Positions 52,824-60,430 of a DNA stretch of 64,000 nt are shown piece after piece (position 1 is the stretch's first letter; every line of letters starts with the position of its first letter). The position numbers and the translations under genes are program-made. The stretch comes from Patescibacteria group bacterium (GTDB lineage: Bacteria; Patescibacteriota; Patescibacteriia; Patescibacteriales; JAQTRU01). The stretch is from assembly GCA_041645555.1 (NCBI GenBank), contig JBAZPX010000004.1:10334-74333 (forward strand), given 5' to 3'. The notes below the pieces were generated by a model, which saw nothing but the letters and a program-made list of their open reading frames with translations, was not told the origin of the DNA and made no database searches.

Positions 52824-52900
52824 TGGTGGACCTTAAGGGATTCGAACCCTTGACCCCTTCCATGCCATGGAAGTGCTCTAGCCAGCTGAGCTAAAGGCCC
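52824..52900 (-). tRNA. tRNA-Ala (GGC), CCA encoded
   Basis: Reverse complement: acceptor GGGCCTT/AAGGTCC with the G3-U70 identity pair, anticodon arm CTTCC-ATGGCAT-GGAAG, T arm AAGGG-TTCGAAT-CCCTT. Confidence 0.9.
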
Positions 52901-53030
52901 GGACATTAACCATTAACTTTTAACAGTTAACAATTAACAGATTAATGTTCTACGTAAAACTTTTAAATGGTTATAACTAACTTTTTGGCTAATATTAAAT
53001 AAAAAACTAATAAAACGTTATCAAATTATG

Positions 53031-53057
53031 ACTTTAGTCTACAATAATGTGGACTTT
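53031..53057. repeat. palindrome P6 (actttagtctac-aataat-gtggacttt)
   Basis: Same half-site family. Lies between tRNA-Ala and the tRNA-Arg fragment. Confidence 0.6.
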
Positions 53058-53127
53058 ACCGATTTACAAACCAAATTCAGAAAAAACGGTTTGACCTCTG
53101 TAATCCCGCCAAGGGCGGGACGAAAGT

Positions 53128-53196
53128 GGGTGCTCTTGGCAGGAACCCCACAGTAATATTCACTTCGTTCATATTGCGCGGGGCAAGTCGAACCTG
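53128..53196 (-). pseudogene. duplicated tRNA-Arg 3' fragment (T arm plus acceptor strand) carrying a 42-nt insertion in the T loop
   Basis: gggtgctcttggcaggaa (53128-53145) and tcgaacctg (53188-53196) match 53243-53269 of the intact gene. The insert ccccacag...cgcggggcaag lies at 53146-53187. Confidence 0.7.
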
Positions 53197-53242
53197 AAAA
53201 TCAGGCCAAAAGGCCTCTGCCCTCCCCACCTGCCATCGCCTG

Positions 53243-53314
53243 TGCTCTTGGCAGGAATCGAACCTGCATCTAGGGCTTAGGAGTCCCTTGTTCTATCCAT
53301 TGAACTACAAGGGC
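53243..53314 (-). tRNA. tRNA-Arg (CCT)
   Basis: Reverse complement: acceptor GCCCTTG/CAAGAGC (one C-A mismatch at 3:70), anticodon loop CTCCTAA, T arm GCAGG-TTCGATT-CCTGC. Confidence 0.75.
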
Positions 53315-53611
53315 GAGAAAAAATCAAATTGCTTAAAAATAAAAAGTTTACCCCGTTAGAAAAATACCTTTGACTAAGTCGAAGGTATATAATATTCTAT
53401 CGCAATTAGCAATAAAAAGCTACTGGGAAACAACGCATTTCTAATGGGGTGAATTAGAAATCCACAGTCTAAATACCATCTTAACCTATATTTTTACTTT
53501 TGACAAACCCCCCTCATTAACCTACAATTAACTAGAAGGAGGATCTTAAAATGATAACTCTAAAAGGCAAATAAACTCGGGTAAAAAGGGGGATTTGCCT
53601 GCCTAAAAACT

Positions 53612-53986
53612 ATGTTTAAATCACAGGGCGACAAAGAAAAAATCAAGGAGGTGGAAACGATCATCGGGCCGTCAATCAAGGTCAAGGGCAATTTTAACGG
53701 CCAGGGCAATATCGTCGTGGAAGGAATCCTGGAGGGGAGCTTAAAAACCAACGGCGACGTCTTTATTGGAGACAAGGCCAAAATCGCCGCTACCATTGAA
53801 GCGCACGAAGCCAGAATCGGCGGCGAAGTTTCGGGCAACATAAAAATTAAAAAGTATGTGGAAATTGCCGCTTCCGCCAAAATCTTCGGGGATATTGAAT
53901 GCGCCTCCATGTCTGTTGAAAGGGGAGCAATCTTAAACGGCAAATGCACTATGATCCCGGAAAGAAAAGATGAGGTGAAAAGTTAA
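53612..53986 (+). CDS. bactofilin-family cytoskeletal protein
   Basis: Repeated beta-helix pattern: IKVKGNFNGQGNIVVEGILEGSLKTNGDVFIGDKAKI...IGGEVSGNI. Confidence 0.75.
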   Translation: MFKSQGDKEKIKEVETIIGPSIKVKGNFNGQGNIVVEGILEGSLKTNGDVFIGDKAKIAATIEAHEARIGGEVSGNIKIKKYVEIAASAKIFGDIECASMSVERGAILNGKCTMIPERKDEVKS

Positions 53987-54057
53987 GTTAATCATTCTTG
54001 CTTTATTAAAAAAGTTCCAACTTTTAACTTTTGAATTTTAACTTTTGATTTTTTTGT

Positions 54058-54831
54058 ATGCATATTTACATTTACGACGATTACGTAAATACAAAAAAAT
54101 ACGATAACGCTTTGGCGCGCATTGAAACCCGGATTACGGACCTGGGACTAAACGGAAAAATTATCCGCCTGGGTCTTTTGCGGAACATTAACGAAGCCGT
54201 GGAGAACGAAATAAAGAGGGGAGCCAAGACCATTGTCGCGGTCGGCAATGACGGAACGGTCAATAAAATAATCAACGCCATTATCAGCGCGGGAATAAAC
54301 AACCAGATGGACGTTGAGGTGCCTTTGGGCATTATTCCGGTTGGAAACGAGGGCAACCTAATCGCCGAAACTTTAGGAATCGGCAAAGAAGAAGAAGCCG
54401 GAGACGTTTTGTCCGCCCGCCGGATTGAAAAATTAGATATTGCCCAAGCGGGCAATAGTTTTTTTATCTCCCAAGCGAGAATCGCGAGCCAGGGCACGAC
54501 TTTAGAAATTGAAAAAAATTATTCCATAGAAATAATGGAGCCGGGAGAAATAAACGTTATTAATCTTTCAGTCTTTTCCGACCTCCCCGAGGAAGCGCAA
54601 GCCAACCCACGGGACGGAATTTTAGAACTCTATATAAAAACCAAAGCCGGAAGGAAACTCACTAAATTAAACCCTTCCTCTAACCAAAGTCTTTTTTCTT
54701 TAAAAAAACTAACGATTATAAACAAAAAATACCCAATTATCCTGGATAACGCCATTGAAATTTCCACCCCGGCTGAAATAAGCGTCAACAGGAGTTTGAA
54801 TGTGATTGTGGGGAAGGAACGACGATTCTAG
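54058..54831 (+). CDS. diacylglycerol/lipid kinase catalytic-domain protein (YegS/BmrU-like)
   Basis: IVAVGNDGTVNKIINAI (GGDGT-like motif), then IPVGNEGN. Confidence 0.55.
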   Translation: MHIYIYDDYVNTKKYDNALARIETRITDLGLNGKIIRLGLLRNINEAVENEIKRGAKTIVAVGNDGTVNKIINAIISAGINNQMDVEVPLGIIPVGNEGNLIAETLGIGKEEEAGDVLSARRIEKLDIAQAGNSFFISQARIASQGTTLEIEKNYSIEIMEPGEINVINLSVFSDLPEEAQANPRDGILELYIKTKAGRKLTKLNPSSNQSLFSLKKLTIINKKYPIILDNAIEISTPAEISVNRSLNVIVGKERRF

Positions 54832-54927
54832 GTTTTGGGTTTTGGATGTTGGATGCTAGGTTTTAGGATTTAGAAAATAAAGAAGTTCGGATAAAAATGA
54901 GTTAAGTGAAACAATTTTAATATTTTT

Positions 54928-55473
54928 ATGAAAACGATTTTGGTTATAGCTCTGCTTATACCCACAATAGTATTTGCTCAAAAAAACGATAATTATGAGT
55001 GTATCGCTGAAACAATATTACAAGATTGCAAAGACCGTCTTATTCTGACATCTTCGGGCGATGAACTATGGTGGCCAATAAGTGAACAAAATAGAAATGT
55101 TACCTTTCTAACTCAATATATAATCAATAAAGAAGCGGGGTACCGAGAAAAATACAAAAATATTATTGACATAGGCTGGTTTGATTTTGTTTTATATTGC
55201 GAAAAACCAGGAGAAGGTGTAGTAACACATAAAAATAATACATTGAGCTACAACCAAAATCATTTTTTATGGTTAGATAGACCTATTGATTGTGCAGTTA
55301 AAAAATACGAGGAAAGCAACTTTATTAAATTTGAACCATCGATTAGTTTTTTTAGCTTTGCCCCCTTCTCAATCAATTTTTTTCCTATCTCAATAATTGG
55401 AGGCATAGCTGTTCTATTTTTTATTAATCGTAAGTATCAATTTATACAGATTAACATAAATAAAAAGAATTAA
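54928..55473 (+). CDS. hypothetical secreted/membrane protein
   Basis: N-terminal signal peptide and a C-terminal TM helix. Very AT-rich. Confidence 0.45.
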   Translation: MKTILVIALLIPTIVFAQKNDNYECIAETILQDCKDRLILTSSGDELWWPISEQNRNVTFLTQYIINKEAGYREKYKNIIDIGWFDFVLYCEKPGEGVVTHKNNTLSYNQNHFLWLDRPIDCAVKKYEESNFIKFEPSISFFSFAPFSINFFPISIIGGIAVLFFINRKYQFIQININKKN

Positions 55474-55534
55474 AATTGCATCGCCTAACACGGCATATTT
55501 GGTTCGCGAGCTAAATAAAATTATTTTGTAAAAT

Positions 55535-55912
55535 ATGGAAATACTAGGATATATACTTTACGCGATCCTCCTATTTGTCACGGCAGTGTGGATGTATGGC
55601 GTAAGAAAAAAAGTGGATGTAATGTACCCAACAGTGCTTGGCAGTATTTACTTTGTAATTGTAAGCATAATTTTCCCGCTGTATAATATTAATTTCCTGC
55701 ACATTTTATGGGTCGGACCGCTTATCTATATATCCATCATAACCATAAATACCTTATTTTTCATAATAAAAATTCCTTTGATTTATGATCTACTACGTTT
55801 TATTTGCGATCTGTATACCTCAATATTAAGAATAGGACTGGACAAAAACAAAATAAAGCATCAACAGGAAAAATTAGATAAGGAATTTGTAGAAAATTAT
55901 TTTAAAAAATAA
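55535..55912 (+). CDS. hypothetical membrane protein
   Basis: Three hydrophobic helices. Very AT-rich. Confidence 0.45.
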   Translation: MEILGYILYAILLFVTAVWMYGVRKKVDVMYPTVLGSIYFVIVSIIFPLYNINFLHILWVGPLIYISIITINTLFFIIKIPLIYDLLRFICDLYTSILRIGLDKNKIKHQQEKLDKEFVENYFKK

Positions 55913-55999
55913 GATTTTCCCGTTGCGGCAGAGTCTCTCACGGAGGACTCTGCCGATAATTTACACCAAACAATAATAATTTATCCTTTAATTATAAAT

Positions 56000-56563
56000 A
56001 TGGAAAAAACAATTTCTTATTTAAACAGCAAGATTTGGTATAGATTAGTAAAAGTCGCATACATTTTTTCTTTTCTAGCAGCGTGCGCTTTAACGGTTTT
56101 TATATTATTCTCGTTTTGTTATAAAACCTCTGAAGTTATTGATAATCCCAACACTAAAATAATTTGTCAGACAGGAAACAAGAAACAATTTTTAATAAAA
56201 GATGTTTTTAGTAATAATGACATACCAACTACTATACCAGATTATTATGTTGCAACTGATAAATTTTCTAAAAAAATATCCAACTTTTGTATAACGCCGC
56301 TTGACCCGGAAAAGAAATCATACACCTTGGAAGAATTACAAGCCTCCTCTCTAGAAGAATTACAAGCCGTAGGTGCAAAACCTAAAGATGGATTTATTCC
56401 TTATCCATACAGAATTGAAAAAAAGTATATAGAGGTCAAGGAAGGTGCTACAATATCAGTAATTTATTCACTAATCGGCTTGATTATAATGGCTCTTATT
56501 TTTGAAACTCTGAAACGAGTGTTTTATTATGTTGTACTTGGAACAATAAAACCTAAAAAATAA
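56000..56563 (+). CDS. hypothetical membrane protein
   Basis: N-terminal and C-terminal TM helices. Internal repeat LEELQA x2. Confidence 0.45.
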   Translation: MEKTISYLNSKIWYRLVKVAYIFSFLAACALTVFILFSFCYKTSEVIDNPNTKIICQTGNKKQFLIKDVFSNNDIPTTIPDYYVATDKFSKKISNFCITPLDPEKKSYTLEELQASSLEELQAVGAKPKDGFIPYPYRIEKKYIEVKEGATISVIYSLIGLIIMALIFETLKRVFYYVVLGTIKPKK

Positions 56564-56580
56564 AATTCTCCCGAATAATA

Positions 56581-56620
56581 CTGCCGCCGGCTCCAAGCTC
56601 CGCGTGGAGCTGACGGGGCG
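56581..56620 (+). repeat. direct-repeat element R1 (ctgccgccggctccaagctccgcgtggagctgacgggg)
   Basis: Hairpin agctcc-gcgt-ggagct. Copies in the same orientation at 57569 and 59337, each just after a gene end. Confidence 0.7.
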
Positions 56621-56709
56621 AAACACATAATTTATTACCACCGGATTTTTGTCCTTTGACAGAATGTTTTTAAAAGATTACCCCCAAATAAAACAACAGG
56701 AGGCGCGAC

Positions 56710-56874
56710 ATGGCACAATTAGTTAAAAAAGATCAACTTTCAGGAAAATCTGGTTTGGTGGCTACAAGCCGAACCCCCTTTCCCGAAGACGAGATTCGCA
56801 GATTAACCGCCAAACTGGAAAGATTTGCCCTCGTGCAAGAGGATGAAGATCTTTTCCAAATTTTCGGTGAATAA
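56710..56874 (+). CDS. small protein (54 aa), SD-led, below the ORF-track cutoff
   Basis: caggagg-N7-ATG. MAQLVKKDQLSGKSGLVATSRTPFPEDEIRRLTAKLERFALVQEDEDLFQIFGE. A terminator follows directly. Confidence 0.45.
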   Translation: MAQLVKKDQLSGKSGLVATSRTPFPEDEIRRLTAKLERFALVQEDEDLFQIFGE

Positions 56875-56883
56875 ACTTCACCC

Positions 56884-56910
56884 GGGGACGGAACATCGTC
56901 CCCGTCTTTT
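56884..56910 (+). terminator. intrinsic terminator
   Basis: ggggacg-gaacat-cgtcccc followed by gtctttt. Confidence 0.65.
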
Positions 56911-56976
56911 AAAAGCATTTTGTTATTTCTCTTTATCTACGGTTCTTATTTTAGAAACGGCAAAAAGGCGAAAAAC

Positions 56977-57006
56977 TGCTCTTCAAAACGAATATTTTTA
57001 GGAAGC
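56977..57006 (+). promoter_or_regulatory. 30-nt conserved upstream box, copy 1 (tgctcttcaaaacgaatatttttaggaagc)
   Basis: Differs by a 1-nt substitution and a 1-nt indel from 57169-57198. Both copies lie 32-33 nt upstream of an SD-led ATG. Confidence 0.45.
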
Positions 57007-57039
57007 TAACTAATCCAACAATTTAAAAGGAGGGGCGCC

Positions 57040-57159
57040 ATGCCTACTTTTTTGACTATAACGGCTATTACACTGGGTGTGGTTGCCGTTTTGGCAATCA
57101 TATTCCGCGAAAAAATCGGGGAAGCCTGGGAGTGGTTTTCTTACACGGCTGGATGGTGA
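57040..57159 (+). CDS. small hydrophobic peptide (39 aa), SD-led
   Basis: aaggagg-N6-ATG. MPTFLTITAITLGVVAVLAIIFREKIGEAWEWFSYTAGW has a single TM helix. Confidence 0.4.
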   Translation: MPTFLTITAITLGVVAVLAIIFREKIGEAWEWFSYTAGW

Positions 57160-57168
57160 GAGAAAATT

Positions 57169-57198
57169 TGCTCTTCAAAACTAATATTTTCAGGAAGC
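57169..57198 (+). promoter_or_regulatory. 30-nt conserved upstream box, copy 2
   Basis: tgctcttcaaaactaatattttcaggaagc. Confidence 0.45.
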
Positions 57199-57230
57199 GA
57201 AAACAACAAATGAAATGAAGGGAGGGCCGT

Positions 57231-57494
57231 ATGGCAGATCTAACAAGACTAAATGAAGCGCGTGTCCAAGATGGAGCTGGCGGAACCAGATTAGTCGGGC
57301 CGGGAGACCAGGTAAATTTATCGCCCGAGATGGATATTGAATCCGCGCGTGAGTGGCTCGGCCAGGGGCCGTATACTATCTTATGGATAGGCCAATGGCC
57401 ATGTGGCCAAGTAATGCTCCACCTAAAGACCACGGGCGGGCAGAATAGCGGAGAGGTAAACGCTCCTGCCTCTGAGTTCAAATGCGCTGCATAA
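57231..57494 (+). CDS. hypothetical small protein (87 aa), SD-led, G+C-rich
   Basis: gggaggg-N4-ATG. A terminator follows. The antisense 137-aa ORF is judged an artefact. Confidence 0.5.
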   Translation: MADLTRLNEARVQDGAGGTRLVGPGDQVNLSPEMDIESAREWLGQGPYTILWIGQWPCGQVMLHLKTTGGQNSGEVNAPASEFKCAA

Positions 57495-57520
57495 CAGCGA
57501 TCTCCATTCAATCTATGACA

Positions 57521-57551
57521 TGGGGAGACAATTTTCGTCTCCCCACTTTCT
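57521..57551 (+). terminator. intrinsic terminator
   Basis: tggggagac-aattttc-gtctcccca followed by ctttct. Confidence 0.6.
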
Positions 57552-57568
57552 AAAAGTATTTGTTTTAA

Positions 57569-57598
57569 CTGCCGTCGGCTTTAGCTCCGCGTGGAGCT
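57569..57598 (+). repeat. direct-repeat element R2
   Basis: ctgccgtcggctttagctccgcgtggagct. Confidence 0.7.
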
Positions 57599-57609
57599 AG
57601 AGAGATAAA

Positions 57610-57745
57610 CCCCACCTCACCTCCGCCTCGGCAAGCCTCCGGCCCGCTTCTCCGCCAGCTGGCGGATTCAGCGAGGCGAGCGAGACGGGCTAGCCCTCTC
57701 CTTAAATCCCCCTTACCCCCTTTACCGAAAGGGGGTATAAAAAGG
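57610..57745. repeat. composite of GC-rich palindromic modules
   Basis: cccacctcacc, ccgcctcggcaagcc, tccgccagctggcgga (also at 36998-37013), ttcagcgaggcg (also in tRNA-Val insert 2), and the cccctttaccgaaaggggg hairpin. Confidence 0.6.
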
Positions 57746-57757
57746 GGGCAAAATAAT

Positions 57758-58135
57758 ATGGAAAATAAAATTAGTAAAAGTTTATACTGGACGCCAAGAA
57801 TTTTATCAATAATCTTCTTATTGTTCCTCGCGATGTTCTCATTGGACGTTTTTGAAACGGGATTGACCGCCGGGCAAATAGCCATCGGTTTATTTATGCA
57901 TAATATCCCTGTTTTTATTCTGGCGATTGTCCTTTTGATATCATGGAAATACGAAATTGTCGGAGGGATAGGATTTATTCTGGCCGGGCTGGTTTATATC
58001 GCTCTGCTTATGAGAAACCCATTCCAGTGGTATATGTTATCCTGGGCTATCCAAATTTCCGGAATGGCTTTTTTAACAGGAATATTATTTCTTATCGGCT
58101 GGTTTAAAAAAAATAAAAAAAGCCTTCCTTTATAG
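57758..58135 (+). CDS. hypothetical membrane protein (4 TM)
   Basis: 125 aa with four hydrophobic helices. Confidence 0.5.
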   Translation: MENKISKSLYWTPRILSIIFLLFLAMFSLDVFETGLTAGQIAIGLFMHNIPVFILAIVLLISWKYEIVGGIGFILAGLVYIALLMRNPFQWYMLSWAIQISGMAFLTGILFLIGWFKKNKKSLPL

Positions 58136-58157
58136 AAGGCGGCGGGACAAAAAAAAT

Positions 58158-58553
58158 ATGAAAAAAAATTTTTGTTCAGGTATTCATATCCTAATTCAAA
58201 AAGGAAATCAATATCTTCTCTTATATAGAAACCCCAAAGACAAAGAAGATCCTAAATGCTGGGATTTGCCCGGAGGCGGTATTCATTTCGGAGAACAACC
58301 GCTCAAAGCGGCTATCCGAGAAGCGAAAGAAGAAACGGGAATTGATATAAAAATTACAAAGATTCTCGCCCTTGGAGCTATGCCTTATAGAGGGGCCTGG
58401 TCAATTGGGACGACAGTGGCCGGGAAGTATTGCCGTGGTAAAATTAGACTAAGCAAGGAACACACCGATTACAAATGGGTTAGTAAGCGCGAATTGCGTT
58501 CAATAAAACCGAAAAGCGAAAACCTTGAGTCCCTGTTTAAATATTCATTGTAA
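58158..58553 (+). CDS. NUDIX hydrolase
   Basis: Nudix box GGGIHFGEQPLKAAIREAKEETGI. Confidence 0.8.
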   Translation: MKKNFCSGIHILIQKGNQYLLLYRNPKDKEDPKCWDLPGGGIHFGEQPLKAAIREAKEETGIDIKITKILALGAMPYRGAWSIGTTVAGKYCRGKIRLSKEHTDYKWVSKRELRSIKPKSENLESLFKYSL

Positions 58554-58576
58554 AAATTTAATCCGCCCTGAATAAT

Positions 58577-58936
58577 ATGTTAATAAAAGATTTACAAAAT
58601 TGTGAAGAAATAATTGCCGGAGATAAGACAATCCTCCGCGAAGTTTTGCATCCAAAAAATAAGGATTTACAGATTCGCTATAGTTTAGCTCATTCAATTG
58701 TAAAACCCGGCGAAACTTCATCGCCTCATAAACTTAAAACTTCTGAAGTTTATTATATTCTGGAAGGGGAGGGTATAATGTATATTGAAAATGAATCGGA
58801 AAAGGTTCATTCTGGCCAAGCTGTCTATATTCCGCCGAACGCCAAACAATATATTAAAAATACCGGAAATTTAGACTTAAAATTTTTATGCATCGTGGAC
58901 CCGGCTTGGAGGCCGGAGGATGAAGAAGTTGTTTAG
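58577..58936 (+). CDS. cupin-domain protein
   Basis: G.TSSPHKLKTSEVYYILEGEG......E...V..G.AVYIPPNA. Confidence 0.7.
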   Translation: MLIKDLQNCEEIIAGDKTILREVLHPKNKDLQIRYSLAHSIVKPGETSSPHKLKTSEVYYILEGEGIMYIENESEKVHSGQAVYIPPNAKQYIKNTGNLDLKFLCIVDPAWRPEDEEVV

Positions 58937-58960
58937 ACATAAAATAAGCAGATAACAGCT

Positions 58961-59335
58961 ATGAAAATTATTAAAAGAGAAGAATCTTTATCCGCGGAAA
59001 AACCCGAGGGAATAAACGTCCGCTATTATTTACGCGATGAATACGAAGTGCATTATAACGAGCAGGCGGCGGGTTCAACGCAAACCTGGCACCATCACGA
59101 TAAAATCCTGGAGACTTTGTACATTATCAAAGGCGAATTAATCGCTAAATGGAGAATAGGCGATAAAATTGAGCAGCAGATTGTTGAAACCGGCGACCTG
59201 GTTGAAACGGAAAACACCCCGCATACTTTTATTAACAACACGGATAAAGTTGTAAAATTTATTGTTATAAAACAAGTGCCAACGGGAATAAATAAGAAGG
59301 ATATTTTAAAGGGAGATAAAGTAATTGACCAATAA
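58961..59335 (+). CDS. cupin-domain protein
   Basis: TQTWHHHDKILETLYIIKGEL...GDLVETENTPHTFIN. Confidence 0.65.
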   Translation: MKIIKREESLSAEKPEGINVRYYLRDEYEVHYNEQAAGSTQTWHHHDKILETLYIIKGELIAKWRIGDKIEQQIVETGDLVETENTPHTFINNTDKVVKFIVIKQVPTGINKKDILKGDKVIDQ

Positions 59336-59336
59336 A

Positions 59337-59374
59337 CTGCAGTCGGCTCCTTGCTCCGTATAGAGCTGACGGGG
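59337..59374 (+). repeat. direct-repeat element R3
   Basis: ctgcagtcggctccttgctccgtatagagctgacgggg, followed by ctccgcctcggcaagcc, which is shared with 57621-57637. Confidence 0.65.
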
Positions 59375-59448
59375 AAATCCCCCCCAACCCTCCGCCTCGG
59401 CAAGCCGATAGGCGAGATGGGCCTTTATCAAGGGGGCAATAAAATAAT

Positions 59449-59958
59449 ATGGAACAACCAAAAACTTACGAAAACTACCCCGGCTGTATAATCTTCGCTT
59501 CTAATTTCGTTTCTATCGCAACCTACCTTATCGGCGCCTTTATTATGGCACAAATCGGCCTTATCTGGCTGGTTTTATATTTATTGTATATAGCGGGGCT
59601 AGAAATAAGATTGATGAAATGGCACTGTACCAGTTGTTATTATTACGGAAAATATTGCGCTTTTGGCAAAGGCAAAATCAGCTCCTGGTTTTTTAAAAAA
59701 GGCGACCCTAATAATTTCCTAAGAAATAAAATTACCTTTAAAGATATCCTGCCGGATTTTTTAGTTTCCATAATTCCCTTAATCGCCGGCCTTGTTTTAT
59801 TAATCTCAAATTTCAACTGGCTGATTCTAGCTTTAATTATTTTACTGGTAATCCTCGCTTCGGCCGGAAGCGGATTTGTCCGCAAAAATTTAGCCTGTAA
59901 ATTCTGCAAACAAAGGGAAATCGGCTGCCCGGCTGAACAATTATTTAATAAAAAATAA
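59449..59958 (+). CDS. hypothetical membrane protein with Cys motifs
   Basis: Four TM helices. WHCTSCYYYGKYCAFGKG and CKFCKQREIGCP. Confidence 0.5.
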   Translation: MEQPKTYENYPGCIIFASNFVSIATYLIGAFIMAQIGLIWLVLYLLYIAGLEIRLMKWHCTSCYYYGKYCAFGKGKISSWFFKKGDPNNFLRNKITFKDILPDFLVSIIPLIAGLVLLISNFNWLILALIILLVILASAGSGFVRKNLACKFCKQREIGCPAEQLFNKK

Positions 59959-60022
59959 AAGGCCATGCGGAATTGTTCACGCATGACCCTTGAAAAAAAA
60001 CTGATTTTGAAAGGGAAGGGCC

Positions 60023-60319
60023 TTAGTAAGCAAGTTGCTGTACGACCCCGAACCCCTTGCTTCGCAGGAAGTCAATTGCCTCAAGTTCGGTCCTGCATCC
60101 CAATACGGAAAATCCGATAAAACCGCGCTTGGGCTTTTTTGCCTTCCTGACGCCGTTGAATTTTCGGCTAAAAACGGCAACGAGCCGATTAAAAAGTTGC
60201 GGCCTCCGGCCTCCGGCGCAACGGACCTTCACGGCCAGAATAACCCCTCTCGGAACGCCATCATCACGGATGACGCGCGTTGACACTCTCGTCTCAATAC
60301 CATTTACCAAAAGATTCAT
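60023..60319 (-). CDS. hypothetical basic protein (98 aa), SD-led, G+C-rich
   Basis: gggaggtg-N5-ATG on the minus strand. Chosen over three overlapping ORFs that lack start signals. Confidence 0.45.
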   Translation of the reverse strand: MNLLVNGIETRVSTRVIRDDGVPRGVILAVKVRCAGGRRPQLFNRLVAVFSRKFNGVRKAKKPKRGFIGFSVLGCRTELEAIDFLRSKGFGVVQQLAY

Positions 60320-60430
60320 TTTTCACCTCCCAGGGTTCAAGCGTTGTCCGGCAATCAAATTAATTTATTACCTTACAGGAAAATATAAAAAAAGTCAAGG
60401 TTATTAATAAACAAAAATTCTCTAACCGCC

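Noticed and set aside
57098-57885. 137-aa and 106-aa minus-strand ORFs
   Set aside because: The first is antisense to the SD-led 87-aa gene. The second is translated mostly from the GC-rich repeat composite and overlaps the start of the 57758 gene.
59977-60407. Three alternative ORFs overlapping 60023-60319 (59977-60180 minus, 60035-60283 plus, 60057-60407 plus)
   Set aside because: Only the 98-aa minus-strand ORF has an SD (gggaggtg) at the correct spacing. The others are by-products of the locally high G+C.
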